NCBI GenBank assembly: GCA_965221905.1
Contig: OZ244922.1
Span: 1,696,001 to 1,760,000 of the forward strand
DNA length: 64,000 nucleotides
Origin: Chloroflexota bacterium
GTDB lineage: Bacteria > Chloroflexota > UBA11872 > VXOZ01
Reading direction: 5' to 3'
Shown one piece after another: positions 29,785-39,590 of this stretch (within the stretch, counting starts at the first letter, position 1; the number at the start of each line of letters is the position of its first letter). Under the pieces are notes generated by a model. The model saw nothing but the letters and a program-made list of their open reading frames with translations, did no database searches and was not told where the DNA came from. Position numbers and translations under genes: made by a program.

Positions 29785-30054
29785 CTAAAGCAGCTCTTCC
29801 GGCGGGTTCTTGGTCGCTTGGCGGCCGATCTCATACAGGCCGACGGCAGCGCCGCCTGCCAGTATGCCCAGCACTAGACCCGCGTACCAGTCCGCACCGG
29901 TAATGTTTCCGCCAACGCTCCCGGCAATCGCTCCGAGCGTCACCGCGGTGAGTGGGGCGAAGCGTTTGGGCAGCCCTGCCTGCTTGAGGGCGGAAACGAG
30001 AATGCGAACGCCAACAGTAATGCCGCCTAGGCCGGCCAGTTCAACTCCAGTCAT
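29785..30054 (-). CDS. Holin-like small membrane protein
   Basis: 89 aa, 2-3 TM, KQAGLPKRFAPL...G..AG..AVGLYE pattern, follows amidase. Confidence 0.7.
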   Translation of the reverse strand: MTGVELAGLGGITVGVRILVSALKQAGLPKRFAPLTAVTLGAIAGSVGGNITGADWYAGLVLGILAGGAAVGLYEIGRQATKNPPEELL

Positions 30055-30179
30055 GCAGTCTCTCCTGTTTCTTGGATTCGGTTCGTTACAATGTACTCGG
30101 TTTCTCTGGGACGCCGGCGCCGGATGATGATGTGGAACAAAGCGGTCGCGCCGGGAGTAGGATCACGAGAGAACGCTTC

Positions 30180-30968
30180 TCAAATCTTCCCAGCCCACTT
30201 TTCATTGAGAATTCGCAGCCGATCTTCTCTCGTCATGCCGCCGAGATCGTTGGGGTGCCTGGCACCGTTGGCTATGCGAATGGCGTAGGCCAAGTCGGTG
30301 CGATCTGACATCAATTCCCCATACATTTGCTCGAGCATGGCATCCCGCTGTGCGATGAGTTGCTGTTTTTCCAACGCGCACCGAGCATGAATGCCCCGAT
30401 CTAATGGCAAGTGCGCCTGTATTCCATTCGCGATGCCCTGCGCAAAGCGATCGGGATGCCGCTGAAGCTGCAGCGCGTCGCTTTCGTAGTCCAGAAACGC
30501 CAATTCCAGCAGCGCATCGTTGGCAAGCTGTGAAAAGGTGTACCAATTAGTGCGTGTCGCTGAACTACCTACTTTCAGTCCCCGATTCGGCACCAATTCC
30601 ATATCGCAAATGCCCTTTTCCAGCGCTGCGGCAAATGCCCGAGAAGATTCGTCACCATCCTGGTACCAGACCTCGCTGCCCGTTCCGCCACCGGCATTGG
30701 CATGAATACTGATGTAGGCGTCTACCTGCTCCGCCAAGGCCAAGCCGGTGCGCTCGTGAAGCGGCACGTCCACATCCGCTTCGCGGGTCAACAGCACCGT
30801 ATAGCCGAATTCGCGGAGAGCCGCCGCAGCCAACAGCGAAACATTGAGGGTGACGTCCTTTTCTTGCAGCCGCTCATTGGGCTCCATGCCGTCCGGCGGG
30901 TCTGCCAGCGGGACCCCAATCGCACCGGGATCACGCCCGCCATGACCGGGGTCCAAGACAATCTTCAT
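30180..30968 (-). CDS. N-acetylmuramoyl-L-alanine amidase (Amidase_3)
   Basis: IVLDPGHGG.DPGA, EKD, LTRE.D, ISIHAN, LLELAF; GGAG RBS before ATG 30968. Confidence 0.92.
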   Translation of the reverse strand: MKIVLDPGHGGRDPGAIGVPLADPPDGMEPNERLQEKDVTLNVSLLAAAALREFGYTVLLTREADVDVPLHERTGLALAEQVDAYISIHANAGGGTGSEVWYQDGDESSRAFAAALEKGICDMELVPNRGLKVGSSATRTNWYTFSQLANDALLELAFLDYESDALQLQRHPDRFAQGIANGIQAHLPLDRGIHARCALEKQQLIAQRDAMLEQMYGELMSDRTDLAYAIRIANGARHPNDLGGMTREDRLRILNEKWAGKI

Positions 30969-31570
30969 TCGGTTTTGGCTCCAGGAGAATTGCAAGTGTA
31001 CCCGCATGTGGGTAGGACGAATCCGGGCTTGGGTCTCATTAGATCCATTGAGGCCGCGTCGTGCCCGGTGCTAGGGATGCGGTGGAGGAGTCCTTGCCGT
31101 ATGCAGTGACCGAAAAGTCTAACTGCAGCATCAGCGAGTACTTTCGCCTCCGCAGGAAAGCCCTGCCGGACTAATGGCGTATTTCGCTCCACATGATTAG
31201 ACATTCACCGACTGCCGCCAAAAGCAAACACACCTGTTGGCGCTGCTAAGTCTCCTACGGAAGGGCCTCACGAACACGCTTTCAGATTGTTAAAGACTAG
31301 ACGGCAAACGCTGGTTGTAGGGCGCAACTCGCGGCTCCGTTCATTGTCTTTCGGTGTCTCCAGCTTCCCAAATCGGTATTCAGGCTTAAGGTCTTGCAAG
31401 CTCTTCAGTGTCATGGCATGCGCGGAACTTGCCGCTTTACGCCACCTTGCCGATCAAAGATCATTAACTTGATATACTAAAATGTCAATAACTAAGTGAG
31501 CACGGAACGTAAACTATTAGGTATACTTAAACTATGAGAACATTAATCTGAATGCTCCCTGGAGGCTGCA

Positions 31571-34500
31571 TTGATTGCATTCATCACTAATCTCGCGCTG
31601 CGCCGTCGCTCAGTTACGGTGCTCGCCGTCATTCTGGTATTGGCAACGGGCATTTTCACTTACAGCAGGTTGCCTGTGGAGCTATTTCCGGAGATCGAAT
31701 TCCCTCTGGTTACGGTCACGACCTTCTATCCTTCGGCCAACCCTGAATCGGTTTCAGAGAACGTAACGATTCCAGTAGAGAATGCAATTGTGGGGATCGA
31801 CGGTCTCGATGTTATCCAATCGATATCCACGGAGAACCAATCCATCATCATTGCCACCTTCGAGTTTGGCACCGATATGGAAGAAGCGGAAAACATCATT
31901 AATTCAAAGGTGTCCGGGCTCCGTTTCCCGGATGGAGTTAATGAGCCCATTGTCGGCCGCATCAACCCGGATTCCTTCCCGGTAATACGGATTAGCATCA
32001 CGGGTGAAAGAGAAATTGTTGAACTCCAGCAAATACTCGAGAAGAGCATCCTGCCGAAGATTTCCGGCCTGGACGGTATCTCAAGTCTTGACATAAGCGG
32101 AGACGTACAACAGCGCATCCTGATCACCGTTGACCCGGATCGTCTGTTAGAACGAGGTATCTCGCTCTTCCAAGTCTCGCAAGCGCTGCGGGAGAACAAC
32201 GTCACGTTCCCCGGCGGGGCGATCACGCGTAACGGCCAGGTTATACCGGTAAAAACAACCAACACTTTTGGTTCTGTAGAGGAGCTTGAAGAGTTGGTAG
32301 TTGGGTTTCCACGCGCCGCTGGTGGGCCGTCCTCACAGTCTGCCGCGCCGCAGCCAATTAGATTGGCTGACGTCGCGGAGGTTCAACTTGGTTCGGGTGT
32401 TGCCCGCAGCATTTCACGTACAAACGGCAAACCCAGTATCAGCTTGTCCGTATTCAAAGATCCGGATGCAAACACTCTAGACGTCACGAACGCTGTAAAA
32501 GATGCATTGGATGGCGTGGAGGACTTGCCGCCGGACGTAGAGGCAGTCATCGTCTACGACGACGGCCCCCAAATCCAAGGACAGATAGATACGCTGGAGC
32601 AGGAGGCGCTCATGGGTCTCTCTCTGGCTGTCATCGTGGTCTTCGCCTTTTTCTTGACCCTACGCCCCAACGCACTCAAGGGCATGTTTCGGACTCTCCG
32701 GCCAACCTTGGTGATTGGGCTCTCTATTCCGCTCAGTATTTTCGCCGGTGTGCTCCTGATGAATTGGCAGGGGTTATCGCTGAATTTCATGACGTTAGGT
32801 GGCCTGGCCATATCGGTGGGTAGAGTGGTGGATGACAGCATCGTGGTACTGGAGAACATCTATCGCAACATCGATGGAGGCAAGGAACGCTGGCGGGCGG
32901 CTTTGGATGCGACCGTTGAAGTGGGCCCGGCCATCACTGCCTCCACTTTGGCAACGATAGTGGTCTTCGCGCCTCTGGCGTTCATTCAGGGGCTCGTGGG
33001 TGCGTTCTTCCTCCCGTTTGCGCTTGCAGTTAGCTTCGCATTGATTGGCTCGCTTCTGGTGGCATTGACCGCGGTACCCGTGTTGGGCGCATACCTGCTG
33101 CGGCCGGGTGATCTCCCTGAGGGCACCGGCGAGGAAGAGGACATTCCGGAGACGAACACGTGGATGCAGCGCATCTACGTGCCCATGCTGCGCTGGTCGT
33201 TGAATCACAAGACGCTCACCTTGCTGGCTGCCATCCTCATCGCCGTGGGGAGTCTGGGGCTGCTGCGCTTCATTCCCGTCAATCTCTTCTCCTCCGGCGG
33301 CACAGAATTCGTCACGATCAACATGACGCTCCCGCCGGGTACACCTGCCGAGGTCACCTTGGCAGAGGTCGTCGAAATAGAGGATCAGATTGAGGAATTC
33401 TCAGAAATCTACGACACCACCGTAGGGGCGACAAGTCAATCTGGCGGGCAGAGCTTTGCGAGTGGCCTCAACCAGTCCACCACCTTCATTAGACTTAAGG
33501 AGGACGCGCCTGAGGATGTAATGGCGCAACTGCGTAAGAACATTCCAAGCTCCAGCGACCGACGCATTACTATTCAAGACATTGGCGGCGGGCCTCCGGC
33601 GGCCGGATTGGATATTAGTATCACCGGCAACAACTACGGTGACATAGCGCTCATTGCTCAATTGCTTGCGAGCGAACTTGAAACCATCGACGGCGTGGAG
33701 GATGTCACGAGTAACGTGAGCGAGGCAAGGGATGAGTTGATCGTCAACGTCGACCCGGAGCGCGCTGCGGCGATTGGGCTTAGCACACAGTCTGTCGCGT
33801 TCCAAATCAACCAATTCCTCGTAGGCCAGAAAGTTACCCAGATAGATCTGGACGGCGCCCCCGTCGACGTGTTCCTGAGCGGGCCTGCGGGCAGGATCAA
33901 CAGCGTTGAAACCATTGGCTCGCTGATAATTGCCGGCCCCTTTGGAGTAGCTCCTCTCAGCGACTTAGCGTCCGTGCAGATCGAGGCAGGACCCGTGGCG
34001 ATTAGCCGTACAGACCGTCTGCGCTCTGCCAGTGTCAGCGGTGACATAACCGTGGATGACACACAGGCGATTGGGCTCCTGATCCAGGAAAAGATCGATG
34101 CCCTCGATCTGCCTCCAGGCGTGACCGTGACGAATGCAGGGGTCTTTTCGCAAATCACGGAAGGATTCGAGGATATATTCCTTGCCATGGGAGTTGGCAT
34201 CATCTTGGTGTACCTCGTGATGGTCGGTAGCCTCGGATCGCTGAGAAATCCGTTCGTGATTGTGACCAGTCTGCCGCTCGCGCTGATCGGCGCTTTGGCG
34301 GCATTGGCAATTACGGGACGCTCGCTCGGCCTGCCGGGGATGATGGGAATCCTGCTGCTGATCGGTATCGTCGTTACAAATGCAGTTGTGCTCGTGTCCT
34401 TCGTCGAGCAGCTCCGGGAGCGCGGCTTAAGCGTTCACGAAGCGCTCCTGCAGGGCGGGCGCACTCGGCTGCGGCCCATATTGATGACCGCCATCACTAC

Positions 34501-34720
34501 CAGCTTTGCGCTACTTCCCCTCGCGGCGTTTTCCGAGGAGTCAGGCGGCATCCTGGGCGCGGAGCTTGCCACCGTGGTGATCGGCGGCTTGATGAGCTCG
34601 ACGTTTCTGACCTTGCTCGTGGTGCCGGTGGTCTATACTTTGGCCAACCGAAGCATTCCCGGTTCGTTCCGGCGGATGTTTGGACGGAGGTCCCCAATTG
34701 AGCGGGTGGAAATTATCTGA
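31571..34720 (+). CDS. RND efflux permease (AcrB/SwrC-like)
   Basis: 1049 aa; LPVELFPEI, GRVVDDSIVV.ENI, IGIVVTNA, TRLRPILMT. Confidence 0.95.
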   Translation: MIAFITNLALRRRSVTVLAVILVLATGIFTYSRLPVELFPEIEFPLVTVTTFYPSANPESVSENVTIPVENAIVGIDGLDVIQSISTENQSIIIATFEFGTDMEEAENIINSKVSGLRFPDGVNEPIVGRINPDSFPVIRISITGEREIVELQQILEKSILPKISGLDGISSLDISGDVQQRILITVDPDRLLERGISLFQVSQALRENNVTFPGGAITRNGQVIPVKTTNTFGSVEELEELVVGFPRAAGGPSSQSAAPQPIRLADVAEVQLGSGVARSISRTNGKPSISLSVFKDPDANTLDVTNAVKDALDGVEDLPPDVEAVIVYDDGPQIQGQIDTLEQEALMGLSLAVIVVFAFFLTLRPNALKGMFRTLRPTLVIGLSIPLSIFAGVLLMNWQGLSLNFMTLGGLAISVGRVVDDSIVVLENIYRNIDGGKERWRAALDATVEVGPAITASTLATIVVFAPLAFIQGLVGAFFLPFALAVSFALIGSLLVALTAVPVLGAYLLRPGDLPEGTGEEEDIPETNTWMQRIYVPMLRWSLNHKTLTLLAAILIAVGSLGLLRFIPVNLFSSGGTEFVTINMTLPPGTPAEVTLAEVVEIEDQIEEFSEIYDTTVGATSQSGGQSFASGLNQSTTFIRLKEDAPEDVMAQLRKNIPSSSDRRITIQDIGGGPPAAGLDISITGNNYGDIALIAQLLASELETIDGVEDVTSNVSEARDELIVNVDPERAAAIGLSTQSVAFQINQFLVGQKVTQIDLDGAPVDVFLSGPAGRINSVETIGSLIIAGPFGVAPLSDLASVQIEAGPVAISRTDRLRSASVSGDITVDDTQAIGLLIQEKIDALDLPPGVTVTNAGVFSQITEGFEDIFLAMGVGIILVYLVMVGSLGSLRNPFVIVTSLPLALIGALAALAITGRSLGLPGMMGILLLIGIVVTNAVVLVSFVEQLRERGLSVHEALLQGGRTRLRPILMTAITTSFALLPLAAFSEESGGILGAELATVVIGGLMSSTFLTLLVVPVVYTLANRSIPGSFRRMFGRRSPIERVEII

Positions 34721-35037
34721 TCGGTGTGTAATCACACTCCGAAGTAAGACTCTAGTAAGCCCGCTTTAGGTCCTCTCTAAGAGCAGTGAACACACATCAA
34801 GGCGTCATTGTGCCGAGAGATTGTGGCAAGACGCTCATGTTCTCGTGCTTTGGATTTGTGTAGCAGCATGCCTTCGCGGGCGAGCCCGACAGTTTGCATG
34901 TTCTGGATTGGGCGCTGGAGGTGAGCCAGTGAAACAGCATTGGGGGTGTCGCCATATCGGACCGGCATCTACTTGAGCCGCAATGCTAGCGCAGTCGCGG
35001 TACGTTTGAGCTATCTTGCATTGAGCACACAAGAGAA

Positions 35038-35069
35038 GAAGAACCTGAAACAAGCGCTTCAGGTTCTTC
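35038..35069. terminator. Hairpin between convergent RND and mazF genes
   Basis: GAAGAACCTGAA-N8-TTCAGGTTCTTC. Confidence 0.45.
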
Positions 35070-35198
35070 ACTTTGTCGGCGGGGACGCGAAGTCTCAGTG
35101 GTTTCGGATCTAGCCCGGTGCTCTTGGCGCAGCGGACAGGGGACCTGCGGACCCTTGCAGGTCTTTACCACAGATGTGTGGCGAGCTCTCGGATGACG

Positions 35199-35540
35199 CT
35201 ACTCTAACAGAGCTCTAACCTTGCCCAGCACTGCGTCAACCACCCGTGGCGTGGCTTGACACGCGAATCTCGCACGGCGTGCCCGCCAGTCCAAGCTCTT
35301 GATCTGGTCTGACAAGACGACACCGGTAACGGTGCTCTGGGTGGGTAAGTCCACCTCAAATGGATACCCCTTCACCCGCGACGTGATGGGACAGAACAGG
35401 GCTAGGTTTGTTTTTTCATTGTATAGTTTGGGGCTTACGACCAAAGCAGGTCGATGTCCAGCCTGTTCATGCCCTGCTTGAGGAGTAAAGCTGAGCCACA
35501 CGATGTCACCTCTGCTGGGAATATACTCTTTCTCTACCAT
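35199..35540 (-). CDS. mazF: MazF/PemK endoribonuclease toxin
   Basis: RGDIVW..F.PQAGHEQAGHRPALVVSP..YN, CPITS..KGYPFEV, DQIKSLDW. Confidence 0.95.
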   Translation of the reverse strand: MVEKEYIPSRGDIVWLSFTPQAGHEQAGHRPALVVSPKLYNEKTNLALFCPITSRVKGYPFEVDLPTQSTVTGVVLSDQIKSLDWRARRARFACQATPRVVDAVLGKVRALLE

Positions 35541-35773
35541 TCTTCATTGCCCTGCGCCGCGCCGGTGTCTTGCTCGCCATGGAGATTTTCTGCAGTAATC
35601 TGGGCAAGCATTTCGGCAAGGTCATAGGTCTGCTTTTGAAGAATGACGTGATCGCCGTCCGCTGTGATCTCCACTGCTGATCCCTCTCTAACGCCCCATT
35701 GCTGCGCGATTGCGCGAGGGATGCGGATAGCTAGACTTGTGCCCCACTTTGAAATGTGCGAGCGAACTCCCAT
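35534..35773 (-). CDS. mazE: MazE/AbrB antitoxin
   Basis: SKWGTSLAIRIP, L..IT.ENLHGE.D.G...G.EEW; overlaps mazF. Confidence 0.93.
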   Translation of the reverse strand: MGVRSHISKWGTSLAIRIPRAIAQQWGVREGSAVEITADGDHVILQKQTYDLAEMLAQITAENLHGEQDTGAAQGNEEW

Positions 35774-35976
35774 GAGAATGCCTCCTCTCAACATATAGCT
35801 ATTATATATCTTTGGTTTGAATTATTCAATCGTCTTGCTAGAGATTGAAGACAGTCCTGTCCAAGAGGCGCGCCCCTTCCGGATTGAATTCGTCGCGTAT
35901 TCAAAGTTCTTTGACAATCCTCCATTACGCTCGAATCAGAGGCGGACTGAATCGCACGAAGTATTGGAGGTAAAGA

Positions 35977-36489
35977 ATGAGAAAGAGGATTTGGCTCATT
36001 GGACTGGTCGCGGTCATCGCGGCGGCGATTGGGCTTGGCAGCATGACCGCGTTCGCCCAAGAGAAGGAAGAAGGGTCATCCAGAACCGGGCTGATCGCGC
36101 GAGTCGCCACGATCCTGGGACTAGAGGAGCAGCAAGTACAGGATGCCTTCGACGAGGCGCGGCGAGAGATGATGGATGAGATGCTGGATCAGAGGCTTGC
36201 CGCTCTGGTTGAGAGTGGACGCATCACTCAGGATCAGGCTGACGAGCTTCGTGAATGGTATGCTGATCGGCCGGATGGGGTCTGGGCTGGCGGTAGTTTT
36301 GGCCGTGGCAAAGACGCCAGATACGACCGAGGACATGGCTTTGGCGGCCGTGGGCATTTCTCTTTTGGCCGTGGACATTTCTCTAACAAAGGGAATCGTC
36401 TTGATAAAGGCGAAACTGTCCCGGCAACACCCGCGACTGCTCCAGCCGCAACGCCTACGGCACCGGCAGACTCTTCCAATAGCAACTAG
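35977..36489 (+). CDS. Secreted helical protein with Gly/Arg/His-rich tail, upstream of two-component system
   Basis: Signal peptide ending AFA-Q; VATILGL..QQVQDAF, LVESGRITQDQADE; GRGHFS repeats. Confidence 0.75.
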   Translation: MRKRIWLIGLVAVIAAAIGLGSMTAFAQEKEEGSSRTGLIARVATILGLEEQQVQDAFDEARREMMDEMLDQRLAALVESGRITQDQADELREWYADRPDGVWAGGSFGRGKDARYDRGHGFGGRGHFSFGRGHFSNKGNRLDKGETVPATPATAPAATPTAPADSSNSN

Positions 36490-36862
36490 ATTGGCGGTCT
36501 AAGGCACCGTTTCCCCGCCTCGGAGGCGCTTTAGGCCCATTTTCCTAAGCCAAGCCCCTGGCGAGCACCGTGAATGCGCTCTCGCCAGGGGCCTTGCTCT
36601 GTGGAACTACATTCATAATTTCTTCAAAGTTATTGCTATTCTTTAAGTTAGGGGTTGCAGTGAGTAATCCAACGTGCTCTAGCGATCTCCACCACCTTAG
36701 AGAGGGGCACCTGGCTTCAAAGCAAGGAATGCCGCCAATGGAGCGCGGTGTGACTCTTGACAGGGACGCGGTTTGTCTGTCCCTCAATCTCACCGGAAGA
36801 CAGTGAGCGCCGACGCTGGGTTGCGGATAGGCAATTAGGCTAGATTCTGGAGAACATAATCT

Positions 36863-37549
36863 ATGGCAAATACAGTACTAATAGTGGAAGACGATCCGGA
36901 CACCGCAAAGCTCGTTAGTCTCTACCTACAACGCGACGGGCACAAGGTACTGTGCGCGCGTGACGGCATGGAAGGCTTGCGTCTTGCGAGAGACGCCCGG
37001 CCCGATCTTGTAGTCTTGGACCTCATGCTCCCAAAGCTAAACGGTATTGGGGTTTGCCGTACGCTGCGGCAGGAATCAACGGTGCCAATTGTCATGGTGA
37101 CGGCGCGAGTCGAGGAAGAAGACCGGCTCAAAGGGCTCGACTTGGGGGCCGACGACTACGTCACCAAGCCGTTTAGTCCCCGCGAGCTTGCGGCACGCAT
37201 AAGAGCCGTGCTTCGCCGCACCGCCAAAGTCGATCTGGAGCCCGGCCCGGTGGAGGTCGCGCACAGCGGTGTCACCGTGGACTTGCATCGCCGGACGGTC
37301 TGCGTGGACGACCGGAAAGCCGTCCTCACGCCGACTGAGTTTGGCATTCTTGTGATGCTCATCAAGGAGCCGGAGCGGACGTTTTCGCGCGAACAAATTA
37401 TAGACCGCGTGCTTGGGTTCGACTTTCAGGGCTTCGACCGGACGGTAGATGCCCACATTGCGAACATCAGACGGAAGATCAGGCCGCTGGACGGCCCGGA
37501 CCACATTCAAACCGTATACGGCGTGGGCTATAGATTTAGCAATGACTAG
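36863..37549 (+). CDS. OmpR-family response regulator
   Basis: VEDD, LDLMLP, GADDYVTKPF, RTVDAHI.NIRRK, TVYGVGY. Confidence 0.95.
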   Translation: MANTVLIVEDDPDTAKLVSLYLQRDGHKVLCARDGMEGLRLARDARPDLVVLDLMLPKLNGIGVCRTLRQESTVPIVMVTARVEEEDRLKGLDLGADDYVTKPFSPRELAARIRAVLRRTAKVDLEPGPVEVAHSGVTVDLHRRTVCVDDRKAVLTPTEFGILVMLIKEPERTFSREQIIDRVLGFDFQGFDRTVDAHIANIRRKIRPLDGPDHIQTVYGVGYRFSND

Positions 37550-38966
37550 GTGGTTCTTCAGCCTGCAATTTCGGCTCATCCTCGGTTTCGCCGTAGTGCT
37601 CATGTTGGCGCTGGCGGCGGTCGGCATTTACAGTAATCTCGCGGCACAGCGCGAAGTGCGCAAGCTGCGAGCCGCCGCGGACGAGGTCTTGATTGTCAGA
37701 GTTCAAGAAGCGTTCACAGAATTCTATGCGGATACGGGGAGTTGGAGCGGAGTTGCAAATACTGTCGAAAGGGTAAGTTACCTGATCGGACGCGAAATTG
37801 CGATCTTGGACGGGGAGGGTAGTGTTCTCGTCGCAACGAGGCTGACGAGCGAAAGCAAGCGCCCTCCGCACGAACAAGAATACACGTCATCGAGCATAGT
37901 TGTTGGCGGCGATCACGTTGGCTCAGTCTTGATCGGCCCAGCAGCTTCGCGACGGACGTTTAGGCCGTACCGTGGAAGTGACCGCCCCCCTGGTCCGCCG
38001 GAGGCCCTGCGAGAAATCCAGGAACCGTCGCTGCGACGATTTACCGATACTACCTTTCAGTCTCTCCTACTATCGGGTCTCGGCGCGGGAGTGGGGGGTA
38101 TTCTGCTTGTCTCGCTGCTTTCCCGTAGGCTGCTTACGTCGGTGCGCAGGCTGACGGCCGCGGCACAGAAACTCGGGCAGGGCGACCTCTCACAGCGAGT
38201 GACTGTGTCCGGGCGCGACGAAATTGGCGAGTTGACGAGCACCTTCAATGCCATGGCAGAAGGACTTGAAAACGCCGAACGGCAGCGACGCAACATGGTT
38301 GCGGATGTTGCCCACGAACTCCGGACTCCCTTGTCCAACATACGCGGCTACGTTGAGGCGGTCCGTGACGGTGTGTTGGAAGCCGATGCGGAGACAATCG
38401 AGAGCATTCATCGACAGACGATGTATCTCTCTAAACTGGTGGAAGACCTCCGCCTGCTGGCAGAAACCGAAGCCGCCGACTTCCAACTCGACCTCGAGCC
38501 GGGGCTGCTGGAGGAGGTAGTTTCCCGGTCGGTGGAAGCGTTTCGCCCGCAGGCACAATCTAAGGGGATTGAACTTGCCTTTAGCGCCGGTGCTGATATG
38601 GCAGAGCTTTCCGGCCGCCTTGTAAGCATTGACCGCACGCGCATAGAGCAGGTTATGAACAATCTGCTGCAGAACGCTGTTGAGCACACAACTGAGGGCG
38701 GTCGTATCGACGTTTCCGTCGCTGAGTTCGATGAGACGGTGTCGGTTACGGTTGCCGATACAGGGGAAGGCATTCCAAGCGAGCACCTCCCCCACGTCTT
38801 CGATAGGCTCTATCGCGTTGATCCTTCACGTACCCGCAGCACCGGCGGGGCAGGGCTCGGGCTGACCATCGCCAAGCAGTTGATCGAGGCACACGGCGGT
38901 ACCATCCGTGTGGAGAGCACTGAAGGCGAAGGCAGCCGGTTCATTCTCACTCTGCCGCTGGCCTAA
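37542..38966 (+). CDS. Sensor histidine kinase with HAMP (BaeS-like)
   Basis: 2 TM, HAMP DEIGEL...FN.MA, AHELRTPL, N/G1/F/G2 boxes. Confidence 0.95.
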   Translation: MTRWFFSLQFRLILGFAVVLMLALAAVGIYSNLAAQREVRKLRAAADEVLIVRVQEAFTEFYADTGSWSGVANTVERVSYLIGREIAILDGEGSVLVATRLTSESKRPPHEQEYTSSSIVVGGDHVGSVLIGPAASRRTFRPYRGSDRPPGPPEALREIQEPSLRRFTDTTFQSLLLSGLGAGVGGILLVSLLSRRLLTSVRRLTAAAQKLGQGDLSQRVTVSGRDEIGELTSTFNAMAEGLENAERQRRNMVADVAHELRTPLSNIRGYVEAVRDGVLEADAETIESIHRQTMYLSKLVEDLRLLAETEAADFQLDLEPGLLEEVVSRSVEAFRPQAQSKGIELAFSAGADMAELSGRLVSIDRTRIEQVMNNLLQNAVEHTTEGGRIDVSVAEFDETVSVTVADTGEGIPSEHLPHVFDRLYRVDPSRTRSTGGAGLGLTIAKQLIEAHGGTIRVESTEGEGSRFILTLPLA

Positions 38967-39079
38967 AGGAACTTCCGCAGACCTCATGGCATCTATTGCT
39001 TCCGCCGGTTGAGCCTTTCGCGCTAAGCCCCAATTCCATTTACGCCATGCTCCAATCCCATTCGCGCTGAGCCCCATCT

Positions 39080-39112
39080 CCGTTCGCGCTGAGCCTGTCG
39101 AAGCGGAAACGG
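39080..39112. repeat. REP-like element, CTGAGCCTGTCGAAG family
   Basis: CCGTTCGCGCTGAGCCTGTCGAAGCGGAAACGG, preceded by a partial duplicate. Confidence 0.65.
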
Positions 39113-39293
39113 CCCGTCCTTCCTGTTGCCACCTAAACCTATATCAATGACTCGGTCGAGCGGTCGTAACTGCGCGGCTGCATCGCCGAAATTGCTAAAG
39201 CATAGGGCGTATGAGCCTACAGCCCGCACTTTCAGATGCACTCTCGTAAGCCTGCGCAGGACACAGCAATGCGCGCCGGACACCGCTTTCGGG

Positions 39294-39488
39294 ATTAGTA
39301 GATTTTGACTTGGGCTGTGCAGATATGCGAAAAATCGCGTGCACCTACACCCAAAGCGTTCCTCATTCTGTCATTCTGAGGAGCGCAGCGACGAAGAATC
39401 TAGAGTGCGGGGATTTCTAGATTCCTCGCTGCGCTCGGAATGACATGAAATGCAGTGCTGCAAAGTTATCAAGTCTAGGTCTACTAAT
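39294..39488. mobile_element. MITE-like element carrying a GTCATTCTGAG..GAATCT REP doublet
   Basis: Terminal IRs ATTAGTAGA-TTTT-GACTTG / CAAGTC-TAGG-TCTACTAAT; internal TGTCATTCTGAGGAGCGCAGCGACGAAGAATCT...AGATTCCTCGCTGCGCTCGGAATGACA. Confidence 0.6.
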
Positions 39489-39590
39489 TGCGACTGCTTT
39501 TTCTCTTGACTTCATCCCAAAGCCGTTACATACTCGAATATGGGGGTTTCTCCAATCTCGGAGAAATGTGTGCGAATAAGGAGGTCTCGC

